Of a stretch of DNA of 64,000 bases, positions 51,609 through 64,000 are shown piece after piece. Position 1 is the first letter of the stretch. Every line of letters starts with the position of its first letter. Made by a program: the position numbers and the translations under genes. The notes under the pieces were generated by a model. It made no database searches. It saw only the letters and a list, made by a program, of their open reading frames with translations, and had not been told where the DNA came from. Source of the DNA: a bacterium (GTDB lineage: Bacteria > UBA8248); assembly GCA_965213685.1 (NCBI GenBank), contig CBDBZY010000064.1:1376001-1440000 (forward strand). Direction: 5' to 3'.

Positions 51609-52565
51609 CAGGCCCGTACGCAGAATTCTTAAAAGGGGGTTCGATGACTTCTTTGGCAAAGTGCTGATAATGCGCTGTAATCTGAATTACACATGCGGGC
51701 GCCAGGTCTTTTGAAGTGGGGTGGGCATGAAGCAGGGTGTAGAACTCGAGTATGAAGTGATACGCTAGCGAGAGTTGTGGCGCGCGAAGCGCGCCCTAGT
51801 AGGGGGTCTTGGGGCATGCCCCCCCAGAAAAAATTTGAATTTTAGTCATGCTGAGATCGCATCTAGAGTAATTTGGGAGTAATACTACAAGAGTAAATTG
51901 CATGTTACAAAACCTAGCTTTGACGGCTAAAGTTAGTGAGCAACTGTACATGCATGCAACCTAGTAATTTAGATCTAGTGATGCGAGCGCTTTGAGCGCG
52001 TAAGCACTCATGCAACGAAGAAGACTATGCCCCAGAAAGCTATCCGCTTAGTTGATGAAAGCGGCTGCGAAGTTACGTCTGATAGCGTACTCTCTGAAAG
52101 AGAGGAAACTGTGGAAGTCAGCATCCACGGCGCCTTTGCGTCTGGAAACGTGACAAAAAATACCATGCCTTCTTCTGTAGCATGTGTAAGAATCTGCACG
52201 CGCATACGACACGATAATCGCCTGGCAGCGCCAATCGCGACACTGTTTAAGTGAATTGAACTATTCGAGGTGCCGACTATGTATCTGGGCATGGAGATAT
52301 CGTAATTTTGGGGGAGGGAGCCAAAAACTGGGGCGGTCATGGCCGCCCTGGCCGCTCCTGTGGCACCGGCCCGCCTTCACAGTTCATCGATCCCAGAACT
52401 GAGCGGTAATCAGCGTAGCCCCGTTGCGCATCGTGAACTGGTCCATGTAGAATTCGCCGTGCGTGAGGTGAAGCTTCCCGGAGTTCTACACAGCTTTCTA
52501 ACGGTAATTAAGGGTATGCCTGCGGAAAGGGGAGTTCGTCCGAACCCCCCCTGCGTACGGGCCTG
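51609..52565. mobile_element. hAT-like non-autonomous element with 5-bp TSD
   Basis: Perfect 15-bp TIR CAGGCCCGTACGCAG; TGTAC flanks both ends (51604-51608, 52566-52570). Confidence 0.8.
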
Positions 52566-52574
52566 TGTACTATC

Positions 52575-53185
52575 AGAGAGTCGGTAGACTCTCTATGTAG
52601 GGATGGCACCGACACGCCCATAGTGTGCGTACATTAGAAAGCCTTCTAAACTCTTTAGCGCTCGCGTTCTAAGCCTTTCTAGGTACATAGCTATCATATT
52701 CCAACCTTTCTCTATCCAACCATACCCCCCACGTAGCTAAAATGCATCGCCACACTTGCCGACAGAAAACCGCTGAAAGATCAAATTATTTATCTTCATC
52801 TTCTTAAGAGATTTTGTCAAACGGCCTACGTCAGAAGTGGCTGAAGTTTTAGCCGTGGTTTTCGCACCAATCACCTTTATTCGTGTGTGCGCAGTGCCTT
52901 TTACTAACAAATCGATGGTATCTTGGCAAACCTTGGTGAACAAAGTCTATAGAAGACATTTGTCTAATAATGTCACGTGGCATAACTTCGAGCACGTGAG
53001 AGATAACGTGGAGACCACGCCTAGCGCCGCGCTAGCTGAGCGACTCTCTTGTGGGAATAGCGCAGACACTTCCTATTCAAAGGAGCTCTACGTAAAGGCT
53101 AGACGCTATGCATAACGACGTCTCTGAGAGAGTCGGTACACTCCCTATGAAGCAATCGCACCGACCCGCCCATAGTACGTATACA
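52575..53185. repeat. Dispersed repeat with a terminal hairpin and ~58-bp imperfect direct repeats at both ends
   Basis: AGAGAGTCGGTAGACTCTCTATG...CACCGAC.CGCCCATAGT at 52575 and 53127; related copies at about 46499-46690 and 58013-58400. Confidence 0.65.
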
Positions 53186-53737
53186 CTCGCCCCGGCAGTG
53201 TTCTATCATAGCTATTATCTATGGTTCTATATACACATAGCCGTTGCTTGACCTACGTACGCGCATGCGTGGTCGCTCACGCATGCGCTTACGTTGAAGC
53301 ACTATTACCAGACTTGAAAGATTTCAGAACGAGATTGGCCGAAGAATTCTCCAGCTGCCAAAACATTTCTCTGGTACAGCCGTCAGATTGGCTCTTCAAG
53401 TAGCATCTTACTTCAATGTACTATTAAAGCTACACCTATTATCGCTAGAACACCTACAATATAGCTACTGTAGCAGCTGATTTCATTTTCCTTATGTTTG
53501 CATGCAACAAATGTTGATGATGCTTGGCAGTCACATACATGCAGTGAGTAGCTAAGAACTTTTTAAAGGGGCTCAGCCCCTTCCCCAAGTGGTGGTCCTC
53601 AACTTTATATACTCCCAGCCCATGACACATAGCATAAGTTGTCTGTGGTCACGAGTTTGTTTTTTAGTGCCTGAAGGAAGTGCACTAGAATAGCACCCTC
53701 CTATATGGTGTACTATTATACACCAAAAAATGACACA

Positions 53738-54058
53738 AACAAGTAAATAAAACATTTTCCAAAAATGTACAGGGATGTAGGGATGGCAGTGCCAAAAACC
53801 ACAACAACTAGGTGTAGAGACAGGGCATACAAACACTGCACAAATAACCCCATCCCTACATCTTTTTTTCATGCACAATATTGTGTCCCAGTAATCTTAC
53901 AGCATAAAGAAATATGTCACGTACAAAAAAAAAGATGTAGGGATGGGGTTATTTGTGCAGTGTTTGTATGCCCTGTCTCTACACCTAGTTGTTGTGGTTT
54001 TTGGCACTGCCATCCCTACATCCCTGTACATTTTTGGAAAATGTTTCATTTACTTGTT
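53738..54058. mobile_element. Palindromic MITE with ~132-bp near-perfect arms and ~55-bp spacer
   Basis: 53738-53869 is the reverse complement of 53927-54058 with about one mismatch. Confidence 0.85.
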
Positions 54059-54403
54059 CACAATAAGTTAATCTTTCATGTATACACAGGTGTAACAAAT
54101 AACGTGTCTAACACATGAGGAGATACATGTACATGTACGTATACACACACCTTTCTAACTGCCACAGAGTGTGGTCTATCACCAATGTTGGATTCACTCT
54201 ACATGCAAAGATCTGACAATGAGGATATTGATGTTTGATTTGTATATAAAGAAACTTGGAATAAGGTTTGAATAGCAATACCTCACTCCCTATTAGAAGG
54301 TGGAGGCAAGGGAGGGTGCATATAAAGACACTAGTAGCTCTGTAGTTGATTGAAAAGGAGTTCAGAAGTGCCAGACATCAAAGAAAAAGTGTTCACACAC
54401 ATA

Positions 54404-57400
54404 TTACACACTGTTATTATGGGATGGGCTAAAAGATGCAGTACTGCCTTCGCTGCATTTTCGCTGGTAGATTCGTATACTGAAGGGTGGGCTGGTCACA
54501 CGTTCACAATCTGTGGTAATAAAATAAGAGGACCAAAGAGAATTGAAGAGTGCACACCAACTAGCAGACACATTGTACAGGTATATTTAAGTGAGCTACA
54601 TGCATGTACCTGTTTGACTAATGGGATCACTTCCTGTAGTTACTGATTCAGCAGATGCAAGCTTGAGTAGGGAAGAGAATGCAAAAAGATGAATACGCTA
54701 GAACTCCACAACAGTTGTAACATTACATTAATATTTGATGACAAGTCCCTGAAGCTCCATTGCTTCTCCATTACTGATGCTGGGATGCACATCACACATT
54801 TCTTCATTGATTCATAAACCTAGACATATGCAAGATAAAATTGTGAATATCAATCATGCTAATTATGCAGTCCTGACCTTTTCATTTCGAAGGACATGTA
54901 GTAGAAAGAAGAAGAGTCCCTACAAAAAAATATTCATACTGTTACATGATACATTAGACCTGCATATGCAGCATTTACCTGCAATGAATTGAGTATGGCA
55001 AATGTCCATGCAAACATGTCAGTGTTTTTCAGTAGTGCAAATGGACCTATGATCCATGTTAGGCCCAGAAGTGGGAGCAGGATAACTGTACTCTTCACTG
55101 TGGTCCTATTTGAGAGATTTAAGGTAACAGAGCACAGTTTCTCTTTGTCATTACGTACATTACAAGCATCAAATTCTTGCTATCCTTGCTACCGATGAAC
55201 TTCTTCCTGCTTCGGATCATGCTGCCAATTGTCACCACTAGAATTACTGAGTTGATCTGCAGCAAATTAGAAGTATGGGCTAGAATTCCATGTCACTGGA
55301 GTAGGGTGACTGTTGAGTGTTGAGGTGCAGCATACATCCCTACCTCAACAAGTTCATACTTACCAGTATGATCATAATCATTGGTCCCAGAAAAGCCCAG
55401 TATGTTCCTTTAGACTGAGATAACCAACAACTGACAAGGGACAGAATGAAAAGGATGCATGGGTATGGGCAGTATCTATTAAAAATGCCCTTTGAACATA
55501 AGTATATATATACCAACATAGAGAAAATGAAAGTAGTTACTGAACATAACAGCTATTTAAGTAGTTAAGGCATCAGAAAACAGTAGCAGATTTACATCCA
55601 AGAACCTACTAGTTGTCGGTTCCATAATCTTTGTGTCTTACACCCAGAGAAATGGCAACAACAGGAAGAGGAAGGCCTGTGTATAGTCAAAAGTAAACAA
55701 AAAATCTATATACCTATTGCTTTTATGGAAAGGTATGGGCATCTACAATGTTGGCTGTGTTTCAAGTTGGTATAGCCTACCCCATCCAAGTAATAGGAGG
55801 TAGTACCACTTCTCAGCTGCAGTGCCAAATACTCTGACCACCAGCATATATAACATGAGTCCTTCTGCCAACATCCAGCAAAACACACAGAGAAAAAGGT
55901 AGTGCAAGAGTGCAGCTACCACAGTACACAACCACTGCAGTAGGAGAATTGATATATTTTTCAGTAAGAAAATAGAGTGAAAACTCCTTCTATAGTGCTT
56001 ACATTATAACCAGTAGCTGACTCTATTCCGATCACAAAAACAGCTAGAGCAAGAGACAGTGAAATGACAAAGTTGATATGAATGTACAACAGCACCCCTT
56101 TATTCAATGCCCTCCTGCAGTGGAAAGAGTAAACGTTAAACAAACATGGCAATGCGTTAAAAATATATCAAGTGCTGACCCAAAAATAACAAAGATGAGG
56201 AGTGAAAGCAGGAGGCAGGCCAGGGAAACAGCACAGCCAATGTAGCTGACTATCCGAAGGGCATTTCTTCCTGCAGTAGCTTCTGCAGACTAGCATATTA
56301 TGCAGGTATAACATGCAGCAATTGCATACTTAATAAGTACATGTCTGTCACACATGAAAGCACATACATAGGTGACCTACTGCTGGATCCACCAGAACTG
56401 CAAAACTTGTAAGGTGAGTGGTACGACATTTAACCTCTCCCAAATCATTCACAGTGTCTGTGAACACTCCAGAGGAAGACCAGACACTATTTGAAGTAGA
56501 AACAAGTGGGAATACATACAAATAGAAATCATACTTGTGCTTACTTGTTAGATGGATCCCAGAAAACACATGTTTCATTTGAATAATTCAACACCTACAA
56601 GAATATAATGCACGGTGCACCTGACACACTCCAGCCAATCATACTGTACAGCAGTTTTGTGGCACAGTTAAAAATCTCTGTAACTTTCATCTCATATACG
56701 TATTCATATATTGTTTACAATTTCTGTAACTACAATCTCTATTGTTATCCATGCAGGAAGAGTGAGCTAGGTAGTGCTCTGTACGAAACACTCACCAGTG
56801 GAGTTGGACTGAAGTACATGTAGATTGGATTGCTTACAATATTATCTAGAAGATTATTACTTCCCTCAATCACTGCCAAAAGCAGCAGGCTATTAACTTC
56901 ACTTCTGTTGCTGTAAATAGAGAATATGACAGGCTGTTATTTTACTACATCTGAATCATGTTTCACACTATCTCACCTTGAAGCAACATTGTCCAGGTAC
57001 TGAGGTAAGTGCTTCGTGACCACTGTTGCTACAACAGCTGGACAGTCTGTAAGGTCTACAAATATCACCTTTGCTGATAGAAGCACACTTACATACATCA
57101 TACCAACATCTCATACAGTATTCATAACTGTGACTACCAAACCTTCTCCCTCACTATACAGTTCATGTGTGATACAAAGCTCTTTTCTCCCCACATGCTA
57201 CTAATATTGCTTACCATTTTGTGCTATATCTTGATCTTGGTTCTCCTCACACAAAAGGCTCAGTGGAATCTCCATTTTAACAGATGCATCATGTACGTAA
57301 TCTATAGCACACAAAGCACAGAATAATGTGTCTGGTTGTGGCTCCCTGTAATGTATCCCTGCTCTATGATACATACTTAGTTAGCTTACATTGTTTCTTT

Positions 57401-60400
57401 GCCAGTTTTAGATTAGAAACAAATGTGCATTGTTCAATTGGCAGTTTGATAAGACTATTTTGTTGAAAGGTACAAAGGCAGGGGAATGATTGGCAAAAGC
57501 AGTTTAAGGAGAAGATAAATGTTTGTTGGGTGCAAAGACCATAACAATACTTCCATGAATATAACCTCCCACCTCCAGAGGGATTTGAGACCATGTCTAT
57601 TGAGCATTCCAGCATTTGTGACACAAAATGTACATATGCCATGCAACTTCACCAAACCTACACATCAATAGTCAGGTGGCTGCTGGTGAAAGGTAGAGAA
57701 GTGAATGCATATTGTGCTAAATGTACAACTTCCATATCCAAGGTGTGTCAAGAATGAGGATGCAGATGCTAGTATTACATACACATGTATGTAAACAAGG
57801 CTGTGAGATGTGCATGAATGCATTACATTCAGAAGAATGGACTAAAGAAAATCAAACTTGTCTGTTACATCAATATGGTGTACTATATGGCTAACAAATA
57901 CAACCAAGCATAACCATGCACACCTAAAGTAACACATGTGGTGATACAGTGTGACTTTGGTCATATCACAGAATGTTGCTGGTGGGTCATATCATAACCC
58001 ATGCTAAATTATGGTAGACTTTCTTTGTAGGGATGGCACTGATACACCTATAATGTGTGTACAGAATGCATGCGTTCTGAGCCTTTCGAGGCATTTAGCT
58101 ATCCTATTCCAGCATTTCTCTACCCTTAAAAAATATATTGCTGACAGAAAACGACAACCTGTCAAATTCATCATCTTTCCTATTCTTAAAAGAAAAATTT
58201 AAACGGGTTTTCTCAAAACTGGCTGAAGCAATCACCATAGTTCTTTCACAGATCCACTGCAAGCATACTAAGTTTGCTAACAAAATCTTAGTACTTTCCC
58301 ACATGAGCAGAAACTAGAAGTCTTGGGAACTTCCCTGTATTAGGAAACCACGATAATTGTCACATGACAATAATTTTAAGCACATGAAGGCTGGGGTCAC
58401 GAAGCCATGCCTATCAATTTCTCGCTCGCTATGTGTCATCAATGGTTAGCCTGTCTACTCCTCTCTTGAGACAGGGTGGGGATTTGGTGGTGGGATTGAC
58501 CAATAAAGTAATGATCCCCAGGGGTGGGGGTTTTGACACTACTCACAGACTATCTGTATTCTTAAATATGGCAAATTACTAATTCCTAGTATGGATTTAA
58601 TATGGTATATAAATCTAAAATTGGATATGAAGTGGGGAATTGACAGCAAAGTTTGCCCCTATTCTTGGAGATTTGACACCAGGGGCTGTCAACCCCCCAC
58701 TATACTCCTTCATTTACATACGTAGGTGGGAGGGTGGTGGTGCATAACATAGAGGTGCATATATGATTTGGGCAGTACTCATAGCTTCACGGAGCCACAT
58801 AATAGGCGTGGTTCTGTGGGACTACTTACTTTACTGTACCACTGTATAATGTATACATCATTACTTGCACATGTAACTGGTATGAGTTAGGCAGTCAGAC
58901 ACATTAATGCAAGAAAAGAGGACACAAACCAGCATTTTCCAAAATGTGGAGGGATGTAAGGATGGCCATGCCAAAAACCACAGAAACTAGGTGTAGGGAT
59001 GGCAGGGTGCAGGCTAGACGTGTTACAAAGACTACACAAGTAACCCTATCTCTCTGTCTTTCATTGGGTTCACAGGGATATGCAACATACATACTACATT
59101 TTGATACGCTCATGGAGTAGCACTTACATATATAACCAATATGAACTAAAACATCGCAACTAGGAAGTTCTGTCTAGTACCATGTCTGTTTATGGAGTTC
59201 AAGATGAGGCCAAGTGGGCTTTTCAAGATGAACTCTCCTAGACAACTATTTGCTCACAAGAGAGTTACAGTACAAAGAGGACATGAGAACGAACACTCAG
59301 CCAAACTTTGGCCCACATCTTAACCACAATAGACATATTTTTTGGCACCACATACTTCAGCAGAAACAAATTACTCACATTCCAATGCCACCCAACTAGC
59401 ACAGCACACAGAATGAGAGTGGCCTACAATTGCTGCTGGACATATTTTCAGTATGCAAAAATCTTACCTTGTGTTTGGTTGGGGAATGTGTAGTGACCTT
59501 TACTTGTATTTTGATCCTGAACTCTCTCAACTGTCATCAATACTGCAAAGGAAGCATTTATATGTACGTACATATACCTTATTGATTTGCCTATAACACA
59601 ATGCGTATAAATTGGTGTGCATTTTATTACAGCTTACGCATGATATGTTGCCACACCCGTACTGCTGGAGGCACTTGGGTGCCAGTGGCTTAGCAGTAGC
59701 CAGCTTTCAAAATTGGCCACACATGGTGTTCTATTTGGTCATGCCCAAAACCTTTCAGAATCCCTGCCAACTCTATTCCTCCCTTCAAACCACACCTAAA
59801 TGAAACATGGGGGTTGATTCAAAGGCAGCATGACCATTTAGATACAGCAATAAGGTGAAGTCGAGTACAACAGCCAACAGTGTGTTACTGTGTGGAGATT
59901 GTACCTGATTCCTGTGGGAAGCTTACTTAGGGTGTTGGTCATGTACGATAAGAAACTTATAACTCCAATATCAAGCAACCCCTTCCTCAGTATAGAGAAA
60001 AATGGAGAGCACTACCATAAAACGTTTGGTATATGTTAGTATTGTCATACCTACCAAATTATAACCCAGTAGCTTTTTGCACATACACTATGCACACCAT
60101 GGTCTACAATGGCTGTCCTTTGAATGGGAGGCTATTCTGAAAACAATACCAAAATGCAACCACAGCTCATCAATCCTTCTTTGCTTTTCCACTCATTATA
60201 AGTGTTGTTGGCTTGCACTATTAATTGCCTACCTTATATACAATTTGCACTTATACACATTCAGTTTTCATGTGTGTACTAGTGTAGACATGTACATCTA
60301 CCTACCAACAGCATTGGTCCCACTGTACTTCAATGGAGTGGAGATAATTTCTCTTTTCAAAGATTTTGCTAGAAGTTTTGCCACAGTTTCAAGATTTTCC

Positions 60401-63115
60401 AGTAAATGTGGTACCAAGTCATCCTGAATATGATTGGAATAAACACATGACAAGCTTCATAAAGCTGGTATGAAAAGCTAGGTCTTAGTACACATAGCTA
60501 AGACATACCTTAATGGGATAGAGCCGGTCACTGTTGTTCCTCAGTGCTTGGTCCAGTAGAGCGACTAACGTCTAAAGAGTTATGTCATAACAAGAAAATG
60601 AGTGGCAATACACCCATTCAATGCTTGTTGGATTGTGGAGTGACAGTAATGAAAATACGGTGACTCCTAATTCACAAAGTAACAAGCTGATGTGATTACT
60701 TAATCCTTACATATCAAGAATTCCTTCTAGATTTTGTGTGAGTCATACTATGTTTACAAGTTGTGTACTGAAGCATATACATGTATATGTAGGTCCAATA
60801 TGTTCTGTGCAATGTACTAGTCTTACTTCTCCAGTGTGATTTGTCATGAGATGAAGGTTGACCTCCTGCCCAAGCTGTTCCAAGAGTTCCTCCATTATGG
60901 TAATGAATGTCTCTAACTGCCTCTGACCAGAAGAGTTTGCTAATGCTGTCAGTATGTGTCCTACTGTTGTTACATTCTGGTTGGATAATGAACCTCCTAA
61001 GGCTTCCTCAGCAATGCGTTCCTGCATGAAATGAAAAACACACGTAGTAATCACTCCTTGGAAATTAAGAATGTGAAATAGATGCTGAAATTGTACTTAA
61101 TTACTAAGGCATGTAGACATTAATTATGATTAGCATTGAAGAATAACTAACCCAATCCCAGTTCATTCAACCAGATGTGTATGTATATGTATCATAATCG
61201 GGTCACAACATATACATTCCCATAATCTCTCTAGTACAGCTGATCAGGTTGGAAATACATCCTTCCCAATAGGATATTTGCCGTTTGTGTTCATATACCA
61301 TGCAGCTTTGTATAATATTTGACCTACGTCAAGACCCCCATACGACAGTACACATTGGACCTATATACTGGCCATATTGACCACAGATTTGTCACAAATT
61401 GATGTGTGTTCCAGAACCTAAGGCCCCACCCAGTCCATTCATAGTCTGTGGTATGTTCTAATATCCATCCGTGGCCATCTTCTGAAATGCAATTACTTCT
61501 TTGTATAGACTGCTGTATGCACATAAACCAAATGCAGTATTAGAAACCTATAGGCTTTTAGCCAGCCATTGAAATTCTGAGCCCACTGTGTATATACTTC
61601 AAGCATTCTCAGCAAAGTTTCCATGCTTTGAGTATGCTATGTGCAAAGTTTACATCCAATTCATTCCCTTGTCAATTTCAATGAAGCCCAGCCATATTTT
61701 CTCGGCTATAATGCCTATTATAATACCAAGGCCCAATGGGTCCCTTCAACTCACACATATATCAATGGTGTCATCTTTAGTGGCTACATTGTCCACACAA
61801 ACCATTAGACAGTGGTCGATGTTGAATGAACTTATCTGCTGACACCTCATATCCATACATGGCACTGTAGCAAAAGACTCTGCCTTGAATCCTTCAGTAC
61901 AAAACCACTCCACACGTACCTGTTTCTGGCTGTCCAGTGTGTAGAGTGAACTTCTCATCATTACACTCTCCGTGGTATGACAGTTGCAGAATGATTGTCT
62001 CTTGAATATTCGTCTCACTAGGATTGAAGCCTATGCACATTATGTAGTAATTAAAGTTTGAGTCATGAGTAACTTCACAGTATGTGAATCTTTCCTGGTA
62101 GTCCAGAAGTGTCATTTGAGTTGCTTGATCACCATCGGACTGATCATTCATGGTTATGCTAACATTAACATTGAAACAACCTGCAGTGTTGTTAAGTGTT
62201 CTCAAGCTCTTGCCTATGTCAAATGTGTGTGTACACCTTTGGAAGCAATTCTGTAGCACACCAATGTCTTCACTAGTTAAGTTTAGACTAAGACTATCAA
62301 AATTTGTTAACTCTATTGATGACAGTGGGTGATAACTGTGCCTGTTATTGTATACTGTGGTAGTATCACCAATGGACATGGTGAATGATAATTCTGAGCA
62401 ATTGACAATACTTGTAGTTGCATATCCACCTCCACCAAGATGAAATTTTGAAATGGAATGGTTACTGCCACAGCATGGCGGAAAGCAACCCTCCACTGTT
62501 ACAATACACTGTTGACTTCTCTCAACGGTGAGCCTTGTAACATACGACACTGCATAGAAAGAACACAAATACGTTATTCAGTGTGTGATAAAACAATATA
62601 CTTCAAAACTAAGGCGGAACACTTGAAACCAAGTAGCTAATCTCAACTGTGTGTAGCCAATACTTACGAGGCTCGACCAAAACGACGTCGACGAATATGT
62701 GGCAATTGCTTCCATTCGCCGTGTCCGATGGCTCCATCACTAGTACAAGTACCACGGATTCTCCTCGCAACTTTTCGATTCCGTCGGCAGCGCACAAGAA
62801 ATGAACCGAGAAATTCCCGCCTCCACTCTCTGTCACGTTGATTAAAGAACAAGAATATGCACTAGAGTAGGTCTCATTGCAGTCATCTCTGGAAGCGTAG
62901 ACGGGAATGCTGTGGTTGTTACTCAGTCTCATGAACGAATCATTTGAGTTTGAGTGGATGAAGGGGAGAAAATGGGTAGAACCACTGAAGAGGGTCATGG
63001 CCAAAGGCTGTCTGTATTGATCGCAAACTGGTGCGCACAGACTATCTATACCCGTGGCGCTCGTAAGCAGCAGAAACACAGAGGCCCAGGTCACTTTGAA
63101 GGAAACGTGAATCAT
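54404..63115 (-). CDS. Adhesion G-protein-coupled receptor (signal peptide, unassigned Cys-rich ectodomain, GAIN/GPS, class-B2 7TM)
   Basis: Phase-consistent GT-AG exons 63115-62668, 62549-61920, 61864-61755, [unresolved 61755-61021], 61021-60827, 60571-60509, 60423-60306, 59542-59468, 57301-57215, 57046-56977, 56910-56796, 56594-56545, 56486-56381, 56289-56180, 56114-56003, 55934-55781, 55676-55610, 55430-55364, 55256-55159, 55105-54979, 54919-54878, 54819-54727, 54661-54610, 54510-54404. Motifs CVFWD...CRTTHLTSFAVL, SYIGCAVS, LHYLFLCVFCWMLAEG, GWGLP, YCWL, LLPLLGLTW, NSLQGLFFF. Confidence 0.92.
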
Positions 63116-63477
63116 TGTCGGACGAAGTTTCTTTGCGACTTGAGATATACTGAGCTATTTACTACTCGTATGAAGGTATTGTGTGCTAGGAAACACAATT
63201 CATGAATATGCTACGTGACCTTACACTGTACGGATATGCAGTCTAAGTTGGTTCCTTTAAAGGGGACTGCGCTTCTACGTGCCCGGCGCCCCAGACGGAT
63301 TATCGCGCAAAATTACGTAAGCTGAGAGTGAGACTGAGTTTGCCTTAGTGCACCTAAAACACAGGCTGAAGTATAGGAAGCACTCAGTCAAAGCTAGCGT
63401 TCGTACCATGCAAGAAACTAGGGCCTACCTTGCTAAAGTAGCTTTATAAGGTGTATAGGCCTATGCAAGGCATATTC

Positions 63478-63540
63478 TAGTCTCGCTCGCGAGCCAGACC
63501 CTCGTTAATCGGGATTACGAGGGTCTGGCTCGCGAGACTA
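63478..63540. mobile_element. 63-bp hairpin micro-transposon, AcademH-like
   Basis: TAGTCTCG(CTCG)CGAGCCAGACCCTCGT-loop-ACGAGGGTCTGGCTCGCGAGACTA; exact 9-bp TSD GGCATATTC at 63469-63477 and 63541-63549. Confidence 0.88.
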
Positions 63541-63749
63541 GGCATATTCTACCTAAAAACGTACAAAGAACCCTAACTTACAAATCGACGTCAGATACTT
63601 CTGAGCAGTATCTATGGTATGTCAGCCTCTTATTCACATTTTTAGCGATGTGGGAGGTAGGGTAAGCGTCCTTATTGTGAGACAGAGGGTATTAGTTAAA
63701 ATCATTGAATACTAAATGTCATTGCCCTTAGGTTAATTACTTTGGTCAT

Positions 63750-63844
63750 CTTCAGGAAAAGCAGGTGAACTAGCAAAACAAAACACCGTATTCAACAGTT
63801 GAATACGGTGTTTTGTTTTGCTAGTTCACCTGCTTTTCCTGAAG
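63750..63844. repeat. Perfect 95-bp palindrome (47-bp arms, 1-nt centre)
   Basis: CTTCAGGAAAAGCAGG...CCGTATTCAAC-A-GTTGAATACGG...CCTGCTTTTCCTGAAG. Confidence 0.92.
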
Positions 63845-63876
63845 GATGTGTTGTCCAATAATACAAATAGTGTCTC

Positions 63877-64000
63877 ATTGCCGAGCGCCTTAGCGCGAGG
63901 CAACTAATTCCGCATCGCATCTCAGAAATAGTTTCTATGTATGTATGTATGTATGTATGTATGTATCCATCACGCTTAGGAATGCAATTATTTCGCGCGC
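63877..64000. mobile_element. Second copy of the Helentron/HINE-like end, running off the window
   Basis: Near-identical to 36326-36425 with a longer (GTAT)n tract. Confidence 0.6.

Overview
Eukaryotic animal DNA with short GT-AG introns and dense transposon content; gene and repeat content suggest a sponge-like invertebrate (inference). Three apparently intact host genes can be spliced by hand: a 4-exon PLAC8/cornifelin gene (949-1702, -), a 3-coding-exon CABIT-like + phosphotyrosine-motif + SAM adaptor (31821-34279, +) and a roughly 20-exon adhesion GPCR with GAIN/GPS and 7TM (54404-63115, -). A HECT E3 ligase pseudogene ending beside an IS3EU-type transposon end and a frameshifted stand-alone HIRAN ORF lie at 9-15.5 kb. 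The rest is mostly mobile DNA: CR1/L2-group, RTEX-like and RTE LINEs (one with an intact ORF2), many TAG...CTA elements with 9-bp target duplications and RecQ remnants (AcademH-like, including two 62-63 bp hairpin micro-elements), hAT-like elements with 5-bp TSDs, a Ginger-like Ulp1-PHD element and a DD34E IS630/Tc1 element carrying an uninterrupted second gene. Several are nested up to three deep at 41.9-50.4 kb. Family assignments come from motif recognition by eye, not database searches.
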